Shown here in pieces: positions 45,660 to 54,140 of a stretch of 64,000 bases of DNA. The stretch spans positions 3,968,001-4,032,000 of the forward strand of contig CBDFJF010000002.1 of assembly GCA_965248265.1 (NCBI GenBank), in the 5' to 3' direction. Below the pieces are notes generated by a model. That model was not told the origin of the DNA and made no database searches. It saw only the letters and a program-made list of their open reading frames with translations. The DNA is from Candidatus Latescibacterota bacterium (lineage in GTDB: Bacteria; Latescibacterota; UBA2968; UBA8231). Position 1 is the first letter of the stretch. Every line of letters begins with the position of its first letter. Position numbers and translations under genes: made by a program.

Positions 45660-46991
45660 TCAGTAAGTCGGCAGGTAGGTCTTCCTCTCCCACGGCGTAA
45701 CGGTCGTGTGGTAATTGTTCCATTCAGCACGCTTGCACTCGATATAATAATCCGCGTATTCCGTGCCGAGGGCCTCGCGCACGACGTCGTCAGCTTCCAG
45801 GCAGTCACAGGCCTCCTTCAGGCTGGTGGGCAGAAAGCCGATGCCCCGCGAGCGCAGTTCCTCCTCGGGAACTTCGTACAGGTTATCGACATTGCGCACG
45901 CCAGGATCGGTCTTGTTCTCGACCCCGTCGAGCCCTGCCGCCAGCATGGCGGAGCAGGCCAGGTACGGATTCGCCGCCCCGTCGACGGAGCGATTCTCGA
46001 TGCGGCCACCATCGGGGATGCGGATCATCTGGGTGCGATTCGACCCCCCGTAGGTTACGTAGACGGGCGCCCAGGAAGCACCCGAGCGCGGAGCCCCTCG
46101 AACCAGCCGCTTGTAGCTGTTTACGAGGGGGGCATTTATCGCCACGAGTGCCCTGGCGTGATTGAGTATGCCTCCCATGAAGTGGTAGGCCATCTCGGAC
46201 AGTCCGCTGGAGTCGTCGTCATCCTGAAACAGATTCGTCCCGCCCTCATCCCACAGGCTCATGTGGTAATGAGCGCCGCTGCCGGTGAGGTTGTCGAACG
46301 GCTTGGGCAGGAAAGTCGCCATCAGTTCGCTCTGCTCGGCCACGGTTTTAACCATCCAGCGGAAGAAGGTCTGTCGGTCCGCCGTGGTCAGGGCGTCTGA
46401 GTACCCCCAGTTGATTTCGAACTGGCAGTTGGCATCCTCATGGTCATTGGCATAGGGATCCCACCCCAGTTCCTGCATGTAGCGGATCAGCGTCGTCATC
46501 ACGTCCAGGTTGCGATTCAGCGTGACCAGGTCGTAGCAGGGCTTTTCGAGAATATCCAGCTCATCGTTGGGCATGTAGTCGCCATCTTCGGTCTTTCGCA
46601 GCAGCATGAACTCGGCTTCCACACCAACCTTAAAGCGGTAGCCTTTGGTTTCTGCAATATCCAGCTGTCGCTTCAGGATCGTGCGCGGACAGTAGTCGAA
46701 TGGCTGGCCCTCCACTTCGATGTTGCCGGCGACCCATGCCATGTTTGGACGCCAGGGCACCGGAGTGAAGGAATTGAAGTCGGGGATGTTCATCATGTCA
46801 GGATCGTGCGGTCCCTGTCCCATGTTTCCAGCTGCGAAGCCGGCAAAACCGGCTCCCTCTTCAGCCATGTCATCCAAGTGTGTGGCCGGTACCAGCTTGG
46901 CCTTGGGGGCCCCCTCCATGGCAACGAAGGAACACAGGAAGAACTCGATGCCCCGTTCAGCGACTATTTTTTTCACTTCCTTCAGATTCAT
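45660..46991 (-). CDS. glnT: Type III glutamate-ammonia ligase / gamma-glutamylmethylamide synthetase (GmaS-like)
   Basis: KAKLVP, GAGFAGFA, GVEAEF, DHEDANCQFEIN, SGASWAP, NRTQMIRIP, DGAANPYL. Confidence 0.88.
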   Translation of the reverse strand: MNLKEVKKIVAERGIEFFLCSFVAMEGAPKAKLVPATHLDDMAEEGAGFAGFAAGNMGQGPHDPDMMNIPDFNSFTPVPWRPNMAWVAGNIEVEGQPFDYCPRTILKRQLDIAETKGYRFKVGVEAEFMLLRKTEDGDYMPNDELDILEKPCYDLVTLNRNLDVMTTLIRYMQELGWDPYANDHEDANCQFEINWGYSDALTTADRQTFFRWMVKTVAEQSELMATFLPKPFDNLTGSGAHYHMSLWDEGGTNLFQDDDDSSGLSEMAYHFMGGILNHARALVAINAPLVNSYKRLVRGAPRSGASWAPVYVTYGGSNRTQMIRIPDGGRIENRSVDGAANPYLACSAMLAAGLDGVENKTDPGVRNVDNLYEVPEEELRSRGIGFLPTSLKEACDCLEADDVVREALGTEYADYYIECKRAEWNNYHTTVTPWERKTYLPTY

Positions 46992-47018
46992 TACTTTTCT
47001 CCTCGAGTCGATGCTCTC

Positions 47019-47678
47019 TCACTCACGCCACGCACGCAGGGCACTCGCCCCGATCGGCGTGATACCGAATTCCGCACCGGCTTCCATGGTGGTCTCCCAC
47101 AGGTAGGATGCGGATGAACGCCCTCCGATTGCTGCAAAGGCGGGCAGGCCGGTTTCATCCCGGCGAATGATCAATTGTTTTGTTTTGGCGAAACTCGTTT
47201 GCTTGACGCTGCCATCGGGGAACGCGCGATTGGCGAAGTCGAGGCTACACAGCTTGCTCATCAACGCCGCGCAGGCGGATCCCATCAGCACCATTTCGCT
47301 GCGGCCGTGGGTGACGTCGGTGACGGTGACGAAGACATCGTTTTCGCTCACGGCTTGCCTCAACTGGGCTGCCCTCTTCTCTACGCCGCCAGGTGCTGTA
47401 TGGATGAGATACAGATCCCGACGCAGCCGATACACACTCGAGTGCTCGAGCGTGACCCCACTGCCGACGACAACCGCCCCGGCGCCGGTCGTCGCCATGA
47501 CCTGCTCTGCTGCGCCGCCCCGAACCAACAGCTTGCCATTCGCCGAATGATCGGCCAACACGACTCCGGACTCGAGGGCCTCAGCCAACGCGTCTTGGTC
47601 AGCCATCCTGTCGAAATCTTCCAGGGGTTTGCCGTGGACGAAAGCGAATGGGGAACTCATTGTAAAGGTCATCGTCAT
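47019..47678 (-). CDS. soxG: Sarcosine oxidase gamma / MgdD-like subunit
   Basis: VTDVTHG, LMSKLCSLD, RSSASYLW; coupled to the alpha subunit gene. Confidence 0.8.
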   Translation of the reverse strand: MTMTFTMSSPFAFVHGKPLEDFDRMADQDALAEALESGVVLADHSANGKLLVRGGAAEQVMATTGAGAVVVGSGVTLEHSSVYRLRRDLYLIHTAPGGVEKRAAQLRQAVSENDVFVTVTDVTHGRSEMVLMGSACAALMSKLCSLDFANRAFPDGSVKQTSFAKTKQLIIRRDETGLPAFAAIGGRSSASYLWETTMEAGAEFGITPIGASALRAWRE

Positions 47679-50608
47679 CACATCCTCAGCCGCGTGCCCT
47701 CGGGATCGTAGAACGGTCCAACATGGACGCGAGCGCCCACCAACCTGCCGTCGATGAAGACATCGAACGGCTGTCCATCTGTAGCCCCTTCCACTGGAAG
47801 CCAGCAAAGACCTATGGCCTCCCCCAGCGTCGGGCTCAACCGGCTCGAGGTGACCCAGCCGATGATGTCATACTTGCGATCCCTGGCCGGGCTCGCGACC
47901 ACAATCTGCAAGCCCTCTTCGGGAACCGGGTCGGGACGATCCATCTTGAACCCGACCAGCTTGTTGCGCGGACCGTTGCGGGCAATCCGCACCAATTCCC
48001 GTTTGCCCAGGAAATCCGCCTTCTCCAGTTTGACGGCCCATTCCGCGTCCGCGGAAATCGGATCGGTAAGAGCATCCGTGTCCTGACCGACGATGATGTG
48101 CCCTTTTTCGAGGCGCAGCACTCGCTGAGCCTCAACACCGAACGGCGACAGCCCGTGATCGGCTCCAACGTCGAAGAGGGCATCCCAAACAGCCCTCGCG
48201 TACCCGGCCGGACAGTGTATCTCGTAGGACAACTCGCCGGTGAAGCCGATCCGAAGGATACGGCATGGCACACCGGCCACCGAGGCACTGCGGACCCGCA
48301 TGTAAGGGAGCTTGTCGTTGGCCAGGTCTCGATCTGTCAGCTTGGCAAGGATATCCCGTGACCTGGGGCCGGCCAAGTTGAAGGCGGCATTCACCTCGGT
48401 GAGGTCCTCCAGATGCACTCCCTCACCCCAGCCCGATTGCATCCACCACTCCATCCACTCGGCGATGGCGCTGGCTCCAGAGGATGTCGTCGTCAGGTAC
48501 CACTCGGACTCGCCGATGCGAGCGCAAACACCGTCATCGAGCACGACCCCCTCGTCATTGCACATGATCCCGTAGCGCACTCGTCCGCGACGCAGATTGC
48601 TCCATTCATTGACGTACAGGCGCTCGAGCAATCCGGGGACCCCCGGGCCGGTCAAGCGCAGTTTGCCAAGGGGACTCACGTCGATGACACCGGCACGCTC
48701 ACGAACGGCCCGAACCTCGGCCACCGGATCCCCATAGTGGTGCGGCCTCAACCAGAGTCCGGCGACCATCATCGGCGCGCCTCGCTCGGCGTGCCACTGG
48801 TGCAACGGAGATAGCCGCCGCGGTTCCATGCGTTGTCCCGCAAGCGCGCCGATGCTGACCGGGACCACCGGTGGCCTCGCCGTGGTGCGACCCATGTCTT
48901 GCACCGGCTTGCTCTGTACCTCGGCGCACAGCTGGATGGCATTCGCCGAGCACATGCGGCCCTGACAGGGCCCCATCGACACCGTGGTGTAACGCTTGAC
49001 GAGTTCCATGCTGGTAAACCCCTCCTGCATGGCCGTCTCCAAGTCACCCTCGACCACATCTTCACAGTAGCAGACGAAGCGCTTGCCGTTCTCCGACGAC
49101 GGCCGCCCGCAGGGCTCGACTGAAAGGCGTGACCGCGATGCTCCCTCACCTGCATCCTCCAACCTCGATGGCTGTCCAGCCACGAATCGGGCGGCCGCAA
49201 CACCGACCCGCCGGCCGTCTGCAATACCCGCGTCGATGTCGTGATGCCCGTTGCAACGCCCCGCCATGAACATGCCCTCGGGGCAGTCGGCCATCCACTC
49301 ACGTCTTGCCACGTCAAAGCGGCCGCGTCCCCCGGCCATGAGCACCAATTCATTGGCAGGCGCCCATGCCGTGCTGACGATGATCAGATCGCACGGCACT
49401 TCCACACTAGATCCCGGCTCATTCTCCGTTGAACCCAGTACCGCGGCTTCGACTGCCGCGCTGCCTTTTGCCGCAACAATCGTATGCTGGTAATGAACCC
49501 GGACACCCGCCTCCCCCTCCACGGCCTCCCGTTCCGCCGGCACCCCCACCCCGCTTGCGGGACGTTCCTCGGCAAGGGCGACGACCTCGACTCCGAGCGC
49601 CAGCAGTTGCGCTGCCAGGGTCCAGCCATCGTCATTGGCAGCGACGATGACGACCCGCCGTCCCGGCATGACGGCATGCAGGCCTACCAACCGCTTTACC
49701 GCTGAACCCAACACCACACCAGGCAGGTCGTTGTCCGCGAAGACGGCCGGCAGTTCATAGGCGCCTGTGGCCACGACGACGGCATCTGCGCGGATCTTGT
49801 AGAGTCGTTCCCGGGCGCCCGCGGCAGCTCCGACTGCTGCCAGCCAGTTGCCGGTGTACCAGCCGACTACGGTCGTACTCGGAAGCACCTCGATTTGCCG
49901 CCCGGCATCCTCCTCCACCCGTGCGCATGCCTCCTCGACGGCCGGGCAGGCCGCGACACCGCCCGGGCGATAACGCACGTGCCCTCCTGGTTTCGATTCC
50001 TGTTCCAGCAGAAGCACGCGGGCGCCTTCTGCCGCTGCAGCCTCGGCGGCTTCCAGGCCGGCGGGACCGGCGCCGACGACGACGACATCAGCGTGCAGGT
50101 ACTGCTTGTCGAATGAACCGGGCTGCGCCTCTGGGTCCACCTTTCCCAAACCGGCCGCCGATCGCAGAAACCGCTCGTAGTGCGGCCACATCCAGGCAGG
50201 GCGCATGAAGGTCTTGTAGTAGAAGCCGACGGGCATGAAACGAGCCGGCGGCTGGATGGCCGCCATGATGTCGCGGCGCAACGACGGCCATGCATTCTGG
50301 GAACGCACTTCCATCCCGGGCTCCACTTCCCGGGTGCACGAACGGACGTTGGGTTCGTCACCGATCTGAACCAGACAGTTGGGACAGTGCCCGGCGCCGC
50401 ACAGCAAGCCGCGCGGACGGTGGTACTTGAAGGACCGGCTCAAGACACGTACGCCCGCCGCAGTCAGGGCAGCGGCCACCGTGTCACCGGGATGAGCGGC
50501 GTACGGGTCACCGTCAAAGGTGAATTCGATGACCTGGGTACGATCGATCGACTCACCAGGCTGAACAGGAAGGCGTTCGCCTGCATGCGGCATGAGACCG
50601 CTCCTCAT
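47678..50608 (-). CDS. soxA: Sarcosine oxidase alpha / MgdC-like subunit (GcvT C-terminal)
   Basis: SRSFKYHRPRG, VGAGPAG, KRYTTVSMGPCQG, TTARPP, DVSPLGK, RIGFTGELSYE, LRLEKGH, PFYDPEG. Confidence 0.92.
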   Translation of the reverse strand: MRSGLMPHAGERLPVQPGESIDRTQVIEFTFDGDPYAAHPGDTVAAALTAAGVRVLSRSFKYHRPRGLLCGAGHCPNCLVQIGDEPNVRSCTREVEPGMEVRSQNAWPSLRRDIMAAIQPPARFMPVGFYYKTFMRPAWMWPHYERFLRSAAGLGKVDPEAQPGSFDKQYLHADVVVVGAGPAGLEAAEAAAAEGARVLLLEQESKPGGHVRYRPGGVAACPAVEEACARVEEDAGRQIEVLPSTTVVGWYTGNWLAAVGAAAGARERLYKIRADAVVVATGAYELPAVFADNDLPGVVLGSAVKRLVGLHAVMPGRRVVIVAANDDGWTLAAQLLALGVEVVALAEERPASGVGVPAEREAVEGEAGVRVHYQHTIVAAKGSAAVEAAVLGSTENEPGSSVEVPCDLIIVSTAWAPANELVLMAGGRGRFDVARREWMADCPEGMFMAGRCNGHHDIDAGIADGRRVGVAAARFVAGQPSRLEDAGEGASRSRLSVEPCGRPSSENGKRFVCYCEDVVEGDLETAMQEGFTSMELVKRYTTVSMGPCQGRMCSANAIQLCAEVQSKPVQDMGRTTARPPVVPVSIGALAGQRMEPRRLSPLHQWHAERGAPMMVAGLWLRPHHYGDPVAEVRAVRERAGVIDVSPLGKLRLTGPGVPGLLERLYVNEWSNLRRGRVRYGIMCNDEGVVLDDGVCARIGESEWYLTTTSSGASAIAEWMEWWMQSGWGEGVHLEDLTEVNAAFNLAGPRSRDILAKLTDRDLANDKLPYMRVRSASVAGVPCRILRIGFTGELSYEIHCPAGYARAVWDALFDVGADHGLSPFGVEAQRVLRLEKGHIIVGQDTDALTDPISADAEWAVKLEKADFLGKRELVRIARNGPRNKLVGFKMDRPDPVPEEGLQIVVASPARDRKYDIIGWVTSSRLSPTLGEAIGLCWLPVEGATDGQPFDVFIDGRLVGARVHVGPFYDPEGTRLRM

Positions 50609-50865
50609 CCCTGCACCCATAAGTAGGTCCTGTTCACCTGATTGGACTGACGGTGCCGGATGGCCAGGAACCACAACTCGCACCCTGACCGGTGGTACCA
50701 CCATTCGACCTGCTCGCCCATGCCGTTGGTCTGATTATAGAGGTAATCCGCCCACCCAGCCTGGCTGATCTCAGCGGAATCATCTGGGCGCGGATTGTAC
50801 TCCCCACCGTAGTGGAATTCGTTGACATTGCGTTGGCCACAATTGGGACAGGTGAGCTGAATCAT
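50605..50865 (-). CDS. soxD: Sarcosine oxidase delta / MgdB-like subunit
   Basis: CPNCG.R...EF.YGG, W.DYLY, EWWYH..GC..WF. Confidence 0.92.
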   Translation of the reverse strand: MIQLTCPNCGQRNVNEFHYGGEYNPRPDDSAEISQAGWADYLYNQTNGMGEQVEWWYHRSGCELWFLAIRHRQSNQVNRTYLWVQG

Positions 50866-50869
50866 CGCT

Positions 50870-52105
50870 TCAATGCCCCACTGAGGCGGCGCCTTTTTCC
50901 CCCACGAGGTCGAATTCCTCAAACCGTGAGAGCCTGAAGGGCGCGATCAAGTCCGGTGTCTGCCGCGTGGCGATCATCTGCGCCATCATCTTGCCGCAGA
51001 TTGGCGAAGCCTTGAAGCCGTAGGTTCCCCAACCGACATCCAACAGGAACCCTTCGACCGACGTACTCCCCATCAGCGGGCTGAAATCGGGCGGCATCTC
51101 GCACAATCCTCCCCATTGGCGCAGAATGCGGACGTTGCCAAGGAAGGGAAACAATTCCAGCATGTGACCGGAAATGCCTTCGAGGAATTCCAGCGACGAT
51201 TGCAGGGTATAGGCTGGGTACGGATCGACGCTGGCTCCCATCACCAGTTCGCCGCGGTCCGATTGACTCACGTACACGTGTAGACTCCCCGACACGATGA
51301 CGACGTCGAGGAACGGCTTGAGCGGCTCGCTCACGCAGGCCTGCAGAGGAAAGGTTTCGAGTGGGAGTTTGACGCCGGCCATGGCGGCGACGTTCGATCC
51401 CCATCCCGCGGTGACGTTGAGGACGGTCCCTGCCCCGATGCGTCCCCGGTTCGTCTGCACGGCCCTCACGACGCCGTCGACGACATCGATACCAACCACC
51501 TCAGTACCTTGGTGAATGTGTACTCCGCTTTTGTCCGCTTGGTGAGCGTATCCCCAGACCACTGCGTCGTGTCGGATGATCCCCCCAGGCGGGTGGTAGA
51601 GGGCTGCAAGAATCGGGTATCGAGGATGATCGCTCACATCGAGATGCGGGCACAGACCGCTGATTTCGTCTGGAAAAATAAGCTGAGAGTCAACCCCCTC
51701 TAGCCGGTTCACCTCGGCCCGCCGGCGCATCGTACGCACCGCCCCGTCGGTGTGCGCGAGCGTCAGGTGCCCGCGTTGGCTGAACATGACGTTGAAGTCC
51801 AACTCCTGGGCCAACGACTCGTAAAGCTTGACGCTCGCGTCGTAAAAACGCACACCCTCTGAAGTCAGGTAGTTGGAGCGAATGATGGCCGTGTTGCGGC
51901 CACTCCCACCGCCGCCGATGTAGCCCTTGTCGAGGACGGCGACATCGACGATCCCATGTTGCTGTGCCAGGTAGTACGCGCATGCCAGACCGTGAGCCCC
52001 GCCGCCGATGATGACGACGTCATAGTGGTCACGCAATTCGCGATCGCGCCAAAGAGGCGGTGGAGGTTGTTTGCTGAATCCCTGGCGTAGCAGCCTGAAG
52101 GACAA
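50870..52105 (-). CDS. soxB: Sarcosine oxidase beta / MgdA-like flavoprotein subunit
   Basis: IIGGGAHG, GSGRNTAIIRSNY, IRHDAVVWGY, GWGTYGFK, EKGAASVGH. Confidence 0.93.
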   Translation of the reverse strand: MSFRLLRQGFSKQPPPPLWRDRELRDHYDVVIIGGGAHGLACAYYLAQQHGIVDVAVLDKGYIGGGGSGRNTAIIRSNYLTSEGVRFYDASVKLYESLAQELDFNVMFSQRGHLTLAHTDGAVRTMRRRAEVNRLEGVDSQLIFPDEISGLCPHLDVSDHPRYPILAALYHPPGGIIRHDAVVWGYAHQADKSGVHIHQGTEVVGIDVVDGVVRAVQTNRGRIGAGTVLNVTAGWGSNVAAMAGVKLPLETFPLQACVSEPLKPFLDVVIVSGSLHVYVSQSDRGELVMGASVDPYPAYTLQSSLEFLEGISGHMLELFPFLGNVRILRQWGGLCEMPPDFSPLMGSTSVEGFLLDVGWGTYGFKASPICGKMMAQMIATRQTPDLIAPFRLSRFEEFDLVGEKGAASVGH

Positions 52106-52267
52106 TGCGACACTTTCTTCGGTGTACTGCGAGCACGTCGTCAGCCGGAACGATGCGCTCGCGGAAGTCGGATGTACTCGCGCGCTTTGGCGGACGAACG
52201 TGCCGAGGGAAGCCCGATATGAGCACCCTCAGGAACTCACCCGAGGGTAGAAGCTATTCCACTCGGA

Positions 52268-52606
52268 TCAGATGGCCGATTCACCGGTCTCACCGGTGCG
52301 TATGCGCACGACCTCATCGACTGAAAGGACGAAAATCTTGCCGTCGCCAATACTGCCGGTATTGGAAGCTTGCTTGACCGCGTCGATGGCCTGCGCAGCG
52401 GCCGCCTCGGTGACGACAACCTCGATCTTCAACTTGGGCGTGAAATCGATGTTGTACTCGGCGCCGCGGTAGACCTCACGGTGGCCCTTTTGCCGGCCGA
52501 ATCCCTTCACTTCGCTGACGGTCATGCCGGTCAGACCCAGCGCGCTCAGGCCTTCCTTTATCTTGTCCAGCGCATTGGGCCGGACGACACAGGTCAACAG
52601 TTTCAT
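52268..52606 (-). CDS. glnK: P-II nitrogen regulatory protein
   Basis: EVKGFGRQKG..EVYRGAEY, IGDGKIFV, RIRTGE; adjacent to amt. Confidence 0.95.
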   Translation of the reverse strand: MKLLTCVVRPNALDKIKEGLSALGLTGMTVSEVKGFGRQKGHREVYRGAEYNIDFTPKLKIEVVVTEAAAAQAIDAVKQASNTGSIGDGKIFVLSVDEVVRIRTGETGESAI

Positions 52607-52615
52607 GACTGACTC

Positions 52616-53974
52616 CTAAGCGGAATAATATCCCTGCTCGTTGTGGAGAGAGATGTCCAGGCCTCGATCCTCGTCCTCCTCCGAGACGCGCAGCCCGACG
52701 ATGGCATCGACGATTTTCAGGATGATGAATGAGGCGATGGCGCAGTAAATGACGGTGAAGAGAACACCCTTTAGCTGTACCCAGACTTGCCCGCCTATCG
52801 TCATCCCCTCGGAAAGGCCCTGGCCTCCGAGTCCCTTGGCGACGAACACACCCGTCAGCAGCGCTCCGACGATGCCGCCGATGCCGTGAACGCCGAAAGC
52901 GTCGAGCGAATCATCCACTCCCAGCATGTGTTTCAAACTGGTGGCCCCCCAGAAGCACAGAATCCCGGAAGCGGCGCCAACCGCGATGGCACCCATGGGC
53001 CCGACACTGCCGGAGGCCGGAGTGATCGCCACGAGGCCGGCCACGGCCCCGGTGGCGATGCCGAGAACGCTCGGCTTGCCGTGTTTCAGCCATTCCACCA
53101 GCATCCAGGCGACGGCGGCGGATGCCGTGGCAACCTGGGTCACCAGCATGGCCATGCCGGCAGAGCCATCGGCCGCGACGGCACTGCCCGCGTTGAAGCC
53201 GAACCAACCTACCCAGAGCATCGAGGCTCCGACCACGGTCAAGGTCAGACTGTGGGGGGGGATCGGGCTTTCGGGATACCCCTTTCGCTTACCGATCATG
53301 ATCGCCGCTACCAGGGCGGCAATGCCGGCGTTGATGTGCACGACGGTGCCGCCGGCGAAGTCGAGGACGCCCATGTCCCCGAAGAACGAGCCGTCACCAC
53401 TCCAGGCCATGTGGCACACTGGGGAATACACCACCGTCGACCAGATCACCATGAACAGGATCATGGCTGAAAATTTCATACGCTCAGCGAAACCACCCAC
53501 GATGAGAGCAGGCGTTATGATCGCGAATGTCATTTGGAAGGTCGCGAACACGGTCTCCGGTATCGTACCCGCCATCGAATCGACACCAACACCCCTCATG
53601 AAGGCCTTGGACAGTCCACCCACGAAGGAATTGAGATTGGTGACTCCCGCACTCATGCCGGCGGTATCGAAAGCCAAACTGTATCCCCACAACACCCAGA
53701 CCAGCGTCATGATTCCTGTCAATGCGAAACACTGCATCAGTACGGAAAGGACGTTCCTGGCGCGCACCAGGCCGCCGTAAAACAGCGACAGCCCCGGTAT
53801 GGTCATGAACAGGACGAGAGCCGTCGAGGTCAGCATCCAGGCGGTGTCGCCGGAATCCAGGTCATCAGCCATGGCCACGCCGGGAAGAGCCAGAACGATC
53901 AACAGGGCGATGGCCAGGATTTTACGGCGCGGGTCGGCGATCCTCGGACCCGGCGTTGATGTGCGTTCCATCAT
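52616..53974 (-). CDS. amtB: Ammonium/methylammonium transporter
   Basis: FQMTFAIIT, DFAGGTVVH, WFGFNAGS, GLVAITP, DDSLDAFGVHG (twin His retained). Confidence 0.97.
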   Translation of the reverse strand: MMERTSTPGPRIADPRRKILAIALLIVLALPGVAMADDLDSGDTAWMLTSTALVLFMTIPGLSLFYGGLVRARNVLSVLMQCFALTGIMTLVWVLWGYSLAFDTAGMSAGVTNLNSFVGGLSKAFMRGVGVDSMAGTIPETVFATFQMTFAIITPALIVGGFAERMKFSAMILFMVIWSTVVYSPVCHMAWSGDGSFFGDMGVLDFAGGTVVHINAGIAALVAAIMIGKRKGYPESPIPPHSLTLTVVGASMLWVGWFGFNAGSAVAADGSAGMAMLVTQVATASAAVAWMLVEWLKHGKPSVLGIATGAVAGLVAITPASGSVGPMGAIAVGAASGILCFWGATSLKHMLGVDDSLDAFGVHGIGGIVGALLTGVFVAKGLGGQGLSEGMTIGGQVWVQLKGVLFTVIYCAIASFIILKIVDAIVGLRVSEEDEDRGLDISLHNEQGYYSA

Positions 53975-54140
53975 CTCTCCCTCCGATAGGAGTGCAGCAC
54001 GTCGCTGGAAAGGTCGCCACCCTGGCGGGTCAGCGACCGCGGTCGCGGCGCTCGATTTGGTGTAGACGTCAGCTAAATGGTGTGGTCAGTTTATATAATC
54101 GTCGGCAAGTCAGAATGTATAAGGCAGGCTCAACGTTAGG

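Noticed and set aside
52926-53780. 284-aa Ala/Pro/Thr-rich plus-strand ORF
   Set aside because: Antisense of amtB; the composition comes from complementing Gly/Ala/Val codons.
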